From assembly GCA_046350815.1 (NCBI GenBank), contig JAXLZO010000001.1, positions 1,020,001 through 1,052,000 on the forward strand: a DNA stretch of 32,000 bases. Reading direction: 5' to 3'. Source of the DNA: Candidatus Saccharimonadota bacterium. GTDB lineage: Bacteria > Patescibacteriota > Gracilibacteria > BD1-5 > UBA2023. Below are positions 1 to 9,697 of this stretch, piece by piece. The notes under the pieces were generated by a model. It saw nothing but the letters and a program-made list of their open reading frames with translations. It was not told where the DNA came from and did not search any database. Position numbers and translations under genes: made by a program. Each line of letters starts with the position of its first letter. The stretch's first letter is position 1.

Positions 1-112
1 ACAATTTCTCTTATTTTTGCATCTCAAATTCGTGATTTTTTCCTATAGGTAGTTTTACTGATCATAGAGCCAAGTTTATGGGATAATTTATCCTGTCAAC
101 TGGTTTAGACCC
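1..112 (-). mobile_element. IS1595-family insertion sequence, window-truncated copy (only the transposase-proximal 112 bp visible)
   Basis: nt 1-112 match 29359-29470 base for base by eye and end in the same terminal repeat AACTGGTTTAGACCC. The transposase ATG is at 65-63 reading leftwards (MISKTTYRKKSRIGDAKIREIV...). Confidence 0.85.
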
Positions 113-114
113 TA

Positions 115-1749
115 AAAAATATCTCCACTGGGGTAGGTATAGCACATACACGTTGGGCAACACATGGATGAGTGGAGATAGTCAACTGCCATCCACATCT
201 TTCACAAAATGGAAGATTTGCACTCGTGCATAACGGTATTATTGAGAACTACCAAGAATTAAAAAATACACTCACGAGTGAATGAATCATATTTGAGTGA
301 CAAACTGATTCGGAAGTAGTTGCAAAGATGCTCGAAGGTGCACAAGGAAATACAATGGAGGAAAAGTGGCAGAATATTGCACCAAAACTTCAGTGAGCCT
401 ATGCATTTCTCATCATCGATAGAGATCAGCCAAATGATCTTCTTGCTGTTCGCAATGGAAGTCCACTTATTTTTGGGAAGAAAAACACGAGCAAAGAATT
501 CTATTTTACCAGTGATCAAAATGCACTCGCATGATTTGCAGATGATATTATTTTTCTTGAAGATGGGGAATATGTTTGTATCACGGGAGAGACACATAAG
601 ATATTCTCACCAACCGATGGAGAGCGTAGAGTATTTCAGAATCTCATGACAACAACTGATCAGATATCCAAATGAGATTTTGATCATTTTATGCTCAAGG
701 AAATATATGAACAGAGTGATGTAATCAAGAATGCTTTGATGGGTCGTATTGACTTTGATACACTCTCTGTCGATTCTCAATCACTCCGTGAGATCAAAAA
801 TATGGAAGACATTACATCTGTCCACTTTATCGCTTGCGGAACGTCCTATCATGCTTGTCTGTACGGCGCACGACTCATCGAAGAATATGCACACATTTCA
901 ACATATACGCACTATGGGCATGAGGCTATAGAAGAGCTTCCAGAAGTCGATAACCATTCACTCTATATTTTCGTATCACAAAGTGGTGAGACAGCAGATA
1001 CGCTCGACCCTCTCAAATATCTCAAACATCGCTGAGCAAGAACTTTCTCTATTGTGAATGTCGTTGGATCAAGTATTGCACGACTCTGCGATGCTGGTCT
1101 CTATACACGAGCATGAATCGAGATAGGAGTTGCATCTACCAAGGCATTTACTGGTCAATGTATTGCCCTTCTGCTTCTTGCAATAACGCTCGCAAATACT
1201 CATAATCAGGAAGAAAAAACCAGAGATATGATTTACGAACTAAGTGGACTATCACAAAAAATTGAGAACTCCACACGAGATATACACGCAAGCGTAAAAA
1301 CAATAGCACAAAAAATGAGTCAAAGTCATATTATCTTCTTTCTCGCGAGAGAAATAATGATCCCTATTGCACATGAGTGAGCACTCAAACTTCGTGAAAT
1401 TAGTTATCAACCAACCATACCACTCCCAGCATGAGAACTCAAGCATGGCTCACTAGCACTTATCGACACAGAAAGCGTGAGTATATGCATCATGGGAACA
1501 TGACATACTCTCGATCGTAATAAATCATCTCTCCACGAGATCAAGGCACGTGGCGGATATACTATTGCTATAGCCGATCGTATGATTGATGAAGCTGATG
1601 AGACAATCCTTATTCCATCTATTCACAAAGACCTCTCCCCTATCATAGCAAATATTGCACTCCAACTTCTCTCCTACGAGACAGCTCTTGCTCTCGGACG
1701 GGACATCGATAAACCTCGAAATCTTGCGAAGAGCGTAACAGTGAGATAA
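115..1749 (+). CDS. glmS: Glutamine--fructose-6-phosphate aminotransferase GlmS, 5'-truncated (about 65 N-terminal codons missing on this side of the IS)
   Basis: Table-25 translation gives [62 protein letters not shown] and NLAKSVTVR-stop(TAA 1747-1749). There are 11 in-frame TGAs, all at Gly positions of the family. The frame hits TAG at 106-108 inside the IS end. Confidence 0.9.
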
Positions 1750-1750
1750 A

Positions 1751-2518
1751 GGCTCTAGACAAGAAGAATTATCTTCTTACACTAGCTCCATATGATCAAA
1801 TACAGTAAAATCAGCTCTGAGAAAATACGAGAAATTTTGAAGCTATTTTTAGGAGACTTTACTGCTACTCAAACATCAGAACTTCTCGAAATATCTCGTA
1901 ACACTATTAACAGGTACTATGCTATATTTCGAGAAGAAATTGTGAGAATATCTATTGAAGAATCATCAAAGTTTTGAAAAGAATTCTGAGAATTTGAAGT
2001 TGATGAGAGTTATTTCGGTGTAAGACGAGTCAGAGAAAAACAATGAAGATGAGCGGCTGGAAAAACACCACAGTGTTTGGACTTCAGAAAAGAAACTGAA
2101 ATGTCTATGTAAGTATTGTTCCAGATTGTAGTAGAGACTCATTAATGCCTATACTATACAAGGAAAAGTTCTGGAATGATCCACGGTCAACTCTGATGGT
2201 TGGACAAGTTATGATGGGCTTATACTCAATGGATACGAACATTATAGAGTATTTCATTCACACAATGCACCACACAGGCATACACTTCGTTAAGTTTGCG
2301 AGATGAAAAAGTCATGTAAACGGTATAGAGGCATTTTGGAGTTTTGCAAAACAAAGAATGATCAAATTAAACTGAATCCGAGCAGATAAATTTCATCTTC
2401 ATTTGAAAGAATGCGAGTTTCGGTATAATTATCGCAATAAGAAAGAAGAAGCCTTACGGCTCCTTCTCAGAAGATTAGCGAAACGCTCAATTATTCAAAT
2501 GTTTGCTTGTCTAGAGTC
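1751..2518 (+). mobile_element. 768-bp IS1595-like insertion sequence, copy 1
   Basis: Terminal inverted repeats are GGCTCTAGACAAG (1751-1763) and CTTGTCTAGAGTC (2506-2518). It is flanked by the 7-bp direct repeat AGATAAA (1744-1750 and 2519-2525), which contains the glmS stop codon. An exact inverted copy lies at 23437-24204. Confidence 0.85.
1792..2518 (+). pseudogene. IS1595/ISXO2-like DDE transposase, disrupted by three frameshifts
   Basis: The homologous peptide is spread over frames: MIKYSKISSEKIREIL..FEVDESYFG..RGAAGKTP | VFGLQKRNGNVYVSIVPDCSRDSLMP | IQGKVLEGSTVNSDGWTSYDGLILNGYEHYRVFHS | FVKFARGKSHVNGIEAFWSFAKQR..ECEFRYN. The shifts are near 2070, 2155 and 2280. Compare the intact paralogue at 28731-29423. 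Confidence 0.7.
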
Positions 2519-2605
2519 AGATAAAAATTGTCATCTTTCCTTAAGAATGAAGGAATTAATAACATAACTCTACATTATAAATTAAGACAATATATCTGTC
2601 CACTC

Positions 2606-2636
2606 AAAATATCACCAAAGAGGTGATATTTTTTGT
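2606..2636 (+). terminator. Rho-independent terminator-like hairpin (probably the original glmS terminator, now displaced by the IS)
   Basis: AAAATATCACC-AAAGA-GGTGATATTTT followed by a T-run. Confidence 0.55.
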
Positions 2637-2738
2637 CTTTCCGATGAAAGTATGATGAAATACTCTGAGTAATCTATGTTCAATATTATGTGATATCTGT
2701 CATTGTTTCAGTCTCTAAAAAGCGTCTTTTGAAAGAAG

Positions 2739-3323
2739 ATGAGTTTCTGAAGTAAGTCTGTTTTCTGAAGCAATTCCTGATTCACCCTCACCGAACTCAT
2801 AGTAGTCATCACCATACTCTCTATACTCTCAGTGATAGGGTTTGTCGTGATGAGTCATCAGTCATCAGTGGCAAGAGATGGAAAGAGAATTAGTGATATT
2901 AAGACATTGTCAGAGAGTGCGAGAATTACCAGTGCACAGCTTCGAAAGCTTCCTACACCTATAGCAGATAGTGTCTCTCTTAGTGTGAGTGGATCATTCA
3001 TTGGATACCAAGGATTCATGAGTACGAGTATTGTGAATCCTCTTGGGTATGGATCAGATAAGATCTTTGATCCAAAAGACAATATACCTTATACCTATCG
3101 AGTCAATCAACACTACGACCAAGCACAGTTTCTTGCATATCTTGAGAATCCAAGATTTGAGAGGACGATAGAGATTGCTGGGTTGATGAAGAAGATAGGT
3201 GATATTGCTTCGCTTCGCGAAGTAGTATCACTCTCTCAAGCATACGCTCTCGATACTGCATATGCCTTAGATAGTTCCTCTGTGGATCTTTCTTCTCGTT
3301 TATCCCTACTCTGCAGGAGATAG
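2739..3323 (+). CDS. Type IV pilin-like / pseudopilin protein with prepilin N-terminal cleavage-methylation motif
   Basis: The translation starts MSFGSKSVFGSNSG|FTLTELIVVITILSILSVIGFVV. The invariant -1 Gly is the TGA at 2778-2780. The gene ends in TAG at 3321-3323. Confidence 0.75.
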
Positions 3324-3372
3324 ACTTTGAATCTTTCTCTCGAAGGGAAGTAAGCAACCTCTTCAGAATGGA

Positions 3373-5490
3373 GTGAGTGGTACAGGAAGTAGAGATATCT
3401 CTTTGAGTGATGCAAGTACGCTTGATATCATAGTGGGATCACAGTGAGACGATGAATATATATCCACGGATATCTCTACTTGATCTCTTCTTTCTCTGAA
3501 GGATGGAAGCTTCGGTGAGGATGCTTTGAGAGTGATCAATAGTGGAACCGGAAGCAACTGAAGTGGTACGGGAAGTGGGGATGGGGGATGATCAGGGAAT
3601 GATGGGTATGTATTGACTATGGGGGTGTATGATTATAGTGGATCTCCTTATGCTTATGGATATCTTGGACCTCTCACTGCTGCACTCTTTGGGGGAGCAC
3701 TCACGCCTAATCCAGCAGGTGATCTTACACCAAAGACTATTTGAGGAAAAAATATTGATAGTTTAATTATCATGGAGGGACAACAGTATCTCATACTGGA
3801 AAGTGAAAGTAATATTCCAAATGTTATTATTTCAGAAGGAAGTCAAAGTACAAGCTGTGTGTTCGCTCAAACAGAAGGAAATATAGATATTTTTGCTTGT
3901 GAGAATATCTCTATTGTTGGACCTTATACCGTTGGTGAGATGAGAAGTTTAGGAATGGAGGCGGGAGGGGTGGTACCAGTTGTGCCTACTATTCCAATAA
4001 ATCTTGTCTTAAGCCCTGGAGATACAGAAGTTACGGTGGGATGGAATCCAGTGAATACTGCAATAAGCTATACTCTTGCATGGAGTATTGGTAGTGGAAC
4101 ATATACAGAGATTACTGGTATAACAGGAACTGGATATATTCATACTGGACTTACGAATGGTTCAACCTACAACTACAAAGTCAAAGCGATAAATGCAAGT
4201 GGGGAAAGTGGTTATTCAAGTGTGGTGACTGGAGTGCCAAATGCGAGCTATAATCTCATTCCATGATCTTATACTCTCACTGAGAGTGGAACCAATGTCT
4301 GAACATTCAATGGATATATGGGCCAAACATTTATTAATCTCTACACTTCATATGGCTACAACGTGACTCCAAATCCTGGATGAAGCGTGAGCCCAGGGAT
4401 TATTGATGGAAAGAGTATAGAAGCGATTATTCAGTTGGGTAATACTATTGCTATTTATCTTCAATCATGAACAAATGACACAGAAAATATTACCGTTAAT
4501 AATATAGTTTGCGCTTGAAATGGTGTATCAGCAGGGCTGGCTATTTATTCGTGTACAACCTCTCCATTTGGAAGTTCACTTGTTGCTGGAGAACAAAAGT
4601 CATTTACGATGTTATTGGGTTGAATAGTTCCTAATACGTGTGGATTACTTCCTGAGGAAATTACTCAATTAAATAGCATTCAAGGATGAGCTAAGAAATC
4701 TGGTCAAAATTGGTGCGATCGTACCTATCTTGATTTTTCAAATAAATGACTCACAGTACTTCCATCTGCACTCAGCAAACTCAATCAACTTGAATATCTT
4801 TATTTTCAAAATAATTCTATTACCGAACTACCAACATGGGTCGGAACATCATTTCCAAGCTTATATGCTTTTAATGGAAGCAATAATCTTATAACTTCCA
4901 TTCCTGAAACATTTCATCCAGCAACAATTTTTGCAAATTATCCAGATGGCGTTGTTCAAATAATTCGTCTTGCAAATAATCAGATCACATCATTACCAAA
5001 TAGCTGGAATAATACTACTATTTCAAACGTTCAACAAATCGATCTCACATGAAATCCAGCGCTATGAAGCCTGTCCGCAAATTTAGGTCAAATCGGGGGC
5101 TGATGATGTCCATCATCTGATAGCGTATTTACTATTCGAGAGAATTATGGAGTCACTACAGATTGAGGAGGAGTTCGGGTTATTCAATCAGAATGCTTAT
5201 TTCCAACTTTTCCTGGAAAAATTATTACATGGTCGCCAAATACTCCAGCTCCTGGTGCAGCATATAGCACTGTATGATATAATGCTTTTGAGACTGAAAA
5301 TCACTGCTGACTGACGTCAGCACAAGTAGCACTCATGAATGAGTCAGATGCCTGATACCGGCAAAAGATGCTTTTGTGAGAATATAGCGATGGTTTCTCT
5401 GCTCAGAACTTCACATGACGCAAACAACTGTTTTCATATGATGCACAAGGCTCTGTTGGTATGTATACAGCTGGTTGGTGGTGTAATTAG
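3373..5490 (+). CDS. Large secreted/surface protein with Gly-rich linker, fibronectin type III domain and leucine-rich repeats (start uncertain)
   Basis: A single table-25 frame is open from 3271 to TAG 5488-5490 with more than 20 in-frame TGAs. The FN3-like segment is PINLVLSPGDTEVTVGWNPV..YTLAWS..GSTYNYKVKAINASGESGYS. The LRR segment is LTVLPSALSKLNQLEYLYFQNNSITELP..NNLITSIP..LANNQITSLP. No in-frame ATG occurs before 3617, so GTG 3373 was chosen arbitrarily. Confidence 0.65.
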
Positions 5491-5634
5491 GAATCAGCTT
5501 AGACTTCTGAAAATCACATAGTTTACTTAGTGCTAATATTTTGATCTGATGTCTTTGTTTGGAATTAACCAGATAACATAACACAACACATCTCCCAAAT
5601 CTAACAACCTGTAAACTATAATAGGAAGATTGTT

Positions 5635-7326
5635 TTACAACTCCTTCACCATATACGTTCCCTCAAGACGATATCCAAGTTGTTCATAGTATCCTCGAAC
5701 CCCAACTCATGCAATAACAGCAATACGACGGATACTCGGATATTCCGATCGAACAATTTCTTCAGCTTGAGTGATGAGCTTACGTGCAAGTCACCGATTC
5801 TGTATACTATCTGATGTAATAGTATTTCCAATAGGGAGAGTTACTCCAAATGTATGCACCTCACGAATGAGAGCAGCTCCAATAATTTCTGGAATGCCGA
5901 GATCTTCACCTGATGGAATTCGTAGTCGAGTGAGACTATAGAGTATATCACTCGCAGGGTCAATCCATTCGAGAAAATATTCGATGCCATTACTTGCTTC
6001 ATAGCGAGTGGTTTTTATCTCAAGAGCATCTAAGTACAGATCACTCAGTCGTACTTCACGATGAGACATATCAACCAGATGTTTTCATTGTGATTCGATC
6101 TTCTCGAAGGTAAGTTGACGAAGATTCGCAAGAGTAGATCCAGCGAGAATCTCATGCGCTGGAATATCACGATAGAGACGATTGAGTCGAACGTACCGTG
6201 GTACCATGATCTGGAGATCCGCCATGAGATCGATCAAAGTTGTGTCATCATAGGGAGTATATCAACCCGATTTCCACACTCATTCCAGCTCCGTATATGC
6301 CGTCACAACCGTCGGGTAGATCTTGATTTCATCAGGGCGAAAATCACTACTATTCCAAATACAAGCAAAACTCTCCCGATCCATCTCTGGTGTACTTCAT
6401 GGAAGATTCTGCATCATATGTGCTACAACTTTGATACCTGCATCCTTGAGGAGTCGTGTCGCTCGAATCGATTCAGTATTACCATGACCTCGCTTCGTCA
6501 GTTCATTGATAGAATCAAAAGTTGTCTGATATCCAAGTTCCACTCGAGTCACGCCATATCTTCGGAGTGTTCGGACTTCTTCATGAGTGACCCAATCAGG
6601 ACGTGTCTCAATAGCTATACCTATGACACGACAAGAGGCGGTTTGATTTCTTTTTTGTGCTTCCTCCAATGTTTTAGATCTATCAGGATGAAAATCCTTA
6701 GGAATATGAAACCCAATATATTTGGATGTATTTCCATCTTCAAAGGCCTCAGCAACAATCGATTCACGAAGCTGGGAATAGAGAGTATGTGCATCATAAA
6801 TATCAATCATAACCTGCTCTCGATAAGATTCAGGATAAACACTCCATGTACCACCGATAACACGCACATCACATTTATCAATAACATGTCCTGTGATCTC
6901 GAGAGATCTCAGGCGATTTTGAATTTGACGAAACGTATCGAACTCATTCATCTCAGCTCGCATCACCGCAGGCTCTCCACTCACATAACTCTTCGGAAGA
7001 TTATCATAGGTGGGGCAATAGGTGCATTGACCAGGGCAACCCCAAAATTTTGTTAAAAAAGAAATCACTGCAACTCATGAACTCGAACGAACTGCTCTCT
7101 TACGCAAGAGACTCATGACTCGCGCATCCATCGAGAGGATTCATTGATCACACAACACTCGATACCTATCAATAAAGAGAGAGAATGAGGGTGGTGCTGA
7201 GACTCTACTACGTGCATAGTAGGGAAGACAAAATTGGCAAAATTGTTCTTTTGTCACCATTTCTGTATTGCGAGCAACCTCAAGAAGAATAGAGTCAATA
7301 AGGGGAACAAGATTCGTAGAAGGCAT
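5635..7326 (-). CDS. elp3: Elp3-family radical SAM + GNAT acetyltransferase (tRNA U34 modification enzyme homologue)
   Basis: SGVAVISFLTKFWGCPGQCTYCP matches the radical-SAM Cys cluster. TRVELGYQT, GIKVVAHMM and IYPT are also present. The C-terminal GNAT motif Q-N-R-G-L-A-R-K-L has its Gly encoded by TGA 5791-5793. Four standard-code fragments are co-linear in one frame, and the gene ends in TAA 5635-5637. Confidence 0.8.
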
Positions 7327-7336
7327 GAAAAAAGTT

Positions 7337-7600
7337 TTATTTCGAAAGAGTGTGAGTAATACGCGCAAAGAGAACACCTGGAAGACGTGTAGCAGAATAC
7401 CAACCTATATGAGAATAGCACTCAGTAGGAATACCTCGAAAAATATCATCAAACAAAAGATAACATCGATTTGATTGCCAGCTTGGTGCGACCCTATCAG
7501 AAAAGAGCATCCAAGCAAGAGATGCTTGCAAGAATTTTAATGAATCAACAAAGAGAAGGATGATTTGAAAGATACTGTTGTCATCGAGCGATCTTTGCAT
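7337..7600 (-). CDS. Hypothetical protein (87 aa)
   Basis: Open frame directly upstream of elp3 on the same strand. It has no recognisable motif and no clear SD sequence. Confidence 0.3.
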   Translation of the reverse strand: MQRSLDDNSIFQIILLFVDSLKFLQASLAWMLFSDRVAPSWQSNRCYLLFDDIFRGIPTECYSHIGWYSATRLPGVLFARITHTLSK

Positions 7601-7638
7601 ACTATGTTTAAAAATAAATAGGGTTTAAAATACGAGAT

Positions 7639-8286
7639 ATGAAGTATACTCCCAATCTCAAAAAATTCAAAAATCGTCGCTTGCGAGTGCGGACACAGCA
7701 TGCAGTTGAGCGCTCATTTTTCGTACTCTCGACGATTGATATATCGGATTTCTTCAAGCTCCTCGCTGCAGTGCTCTTGATTATATCAGTACTCTGCCCA
7801 TGGACGGAGATTCATGTTTCATGAGCAGCACACATAATTGGGGCATTCACACGTATATCAGCAGGAGTAGGATTTTTCTATATTGCCGCAACAATTTTGA
7901 TTTTATTTAGTGTATTATCAAGAAAGCACAAAGAAGATTGGAGGGTCAAGCTTCCCAAATGGATGTTCGCCATCGATCCGGATGCTTTTTTTGCGGTTTC
8001 CATAGGAACGAGTGCATTTTTCATTATTCTTATTCATTCGGGCCTGACACTCCTTACTCAAAATGTATCCATCAAATATGGGCCAGTATTTGCATTGATG
8101 GCATCTCTATCAGTCCTGATATCCATCATTGCAAATACTAGAGAAAAAAAGAAAGATCTCGTTGATCGACTCTATATAGAGAACCTCACACAGAATCCTC
8201 TTGAAAATGAATATAGTGATCTGCTCTCCATAGAAAACAAACGACGTGACACGGTATCAGATAAAAATCTCCAACTTCCTCTCTAA
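7639..8286 (+). CDS. Hypothetical polytopic membrane protein (215 aa)
   Basis: Fragments 7639-7824 and 7897-8286 share one frame and are joined across TGA 7822-7824. The protein has several hydrophobic spans and ends in TAA. Confidence 0.6.
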
Positions 8287-8298
8287 TAAGCAATATTT

Positions 8299-8718
8299 AT
8301 GCGATATAAAATTCCCGTCCAGATAGAAAATGAGGATACGATTGTATTTGGACTTTCACTGCGCCAACTCATCATCATCGCGGTGGGTGGAGGTTTTGGT
8401 TATAGCCTCTTCAAAACGCTTTCAAATAGTGTTGACCCAACAATGGCTCTTATTTTTGCAAGTCCTATATTCATTATTACACTCGTAGTAGCACTCTTTC
8501 GCAAATCAGAGATGACTTTTCTTCCATTTGTTCTCAACTATCTCCGGCTCAAACTTTCTCCAGTCTCCCGTATGTGGCAGTCTGCCACGGAGTCATTCAG
8601 TGCTCTTGAGGTGTGATACGTCACAAGCTCTGATATTGTTGAGAAAAAAAGCGAAAATACGAAATGATGAAATTCAGAGGTATTCGAAAATGTAGAAGAC
8701 AAACTCAAAAAACTATAA
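8299..8718 (+). CDS. PrgI-family (VirB3-like) small membrane protein
   Basis: The N-terminus MRYKIPVQIENEDTIVFGLSLRQLIIIAVGGGFGYSLF followed by a second TM span is the PrgI-family pattern as I recall it. The frame extends through TGA 8614-8616 to TAA 8716-8718. Confidence 0.5.
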
Positions 8719-8782
8719 ATTGACTTATAGTTTTTTTGTTTATGATAATTCAAGTTCCATATATCGTACCAAGGAGAACGAT

Positions 8783-9253
8783 ATGAACAAAATCCCAACA
8801 ACTTGCCAAGCATATGTGCGACAAACTGCAGTATGGTACACTGGTGATGGTACGTCAGTGGAGAGGGAAATAGCATCAGATGATATTGCAATGATATTGG
8901 GAAGCAGGCCAAGCAAAGATTTTGGCGCTGTTTCTCTATTCAAGCAAGCATTTGCAAATTTTGGTGCTCAATCTCTCAAGGGTGACAGCTTTGATACGAG
9001 GACATACCTTGTGGATGCGACTGTACATACTCGTGAAGAATTTATTGCGATATGTACAGATCAAGACATTAAAAAGACGCTCCTTGAGGAAGAAAGATCA
9101 CATCCACCTGTAGTGGAAGTGAAATTTATTCACTTCGGAAAGCGATGGATGTGCGCCAACCCGGAAACCTTCGTATATATCAGTAGTGCAACTCAGGATT
9201 GACATTCAAGGAAGGAGAGGAACCCCTCAGAAATGAGGGGTTTAATAAACTAA
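8783..9253 (+). CDS. Hypothetical protein (139 aa to TGA 9200-9202; 156 aa if UGA is read as Gly)
   Basis: A strong SD (AAGGAG) lies 6 nt before ATG 8783. The interior is TGA-free. A hairpin at 9221-9242 lies inside the table-25 extension. Confidence 0.55.
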
Positions 9254-9371
9254 AGATAATGAAAGGGGGAACTTGTTTTTCTATTTTAGAGAATATAATG
9301 AGCAAATCCGAACAAAATACGAAACCTATATCTTCTATTCTTATCGGATGAGAATAGAGAGGAGAGATGTA

Positions 9372-9653
9372 ATGACCGTAGTAGCAATCATGAGTACCGA
9401 TGATTTCCTCGTGCAAATGGAGGCACACCTGAGGGAATACGATCGTCAGTTGTCTGGTGTGCAACTTGAAAAAATTCATCGGAAAGCAGTTCAGACATTT
9501 GGGATCAATGGGATCAACGTGTACCTGGAAGAATACCAAATGCTCATGCTCAAATGGATGCAAGAGGACGGATATCAAACCTGGAGGAACCTTACTCGCC
9601 CTTGGTCAATCAGGCAAATCAAACATTCGCTTGAGTCACCCGAGAGCGAATAA
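9372..9653 (+). CDS. Hypothetical protein (93 aa)
   Basis: GGAGAG lies upstream of ATG 9372. The frame is TGA-free, ends in TAA and is followed by the 9672-9697 hairpin. Confidence 0.45.
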   Translation: MTVVAIMSTDDFLVQMEAHLREYDRQLSGVQLEKIHRKAVQTFGINGINVYLEEYQMLMLKWMQEDGYQTWRNLTRPWSIRQIKHSLESPESE

Positions 9654-9671
9654 GATTCATTACTTAAATAA

Positions 9672-9697
9672 AAAAACCTCGTTTCCACGAGGTTTTA
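9672..9697. terminator. Bidirectional terminator hairpin between convergent genes
   Basis: AAAAACCTCG-TTTCCA-CGAGGTTTT. The lepA stop codon (9695-9697) touches the stem. Confidence 0.6.

Noticed and set aside
2060-2080. Programmed -1 ribosomal frameshift at GGAAAAAC in the 768-bp IS transposase (as in IS1/IS3)
   Set aside because: The first break could be bridged by a Lys-tRNA slip on the A5 run. The other two breaks (near 2155 and 2280) have no slippery sequence, and one needs a shift in the opposite direction. A pseudogene is the simpler reading.
3241-3276. Tandem repeat GCATACGCTCTCGATACT / GCATATGCCTTAGATAGT (AYALDT/AYALDS)
   Set aside because: There are only two diverged units inside a coding region. 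It is noted merely as context for the possible frameshift at the pilin/adhesin junction, not as an independent feature.
6115-7056. 313-aa standard-code ORF on the plus strand
   Set aside because: It lies entirely antisense to the well-supported Elp3 gene. Its sequence is low-complexity and Ser/Ile/Arg-rich with no motif. This is a typical shadow ORF.
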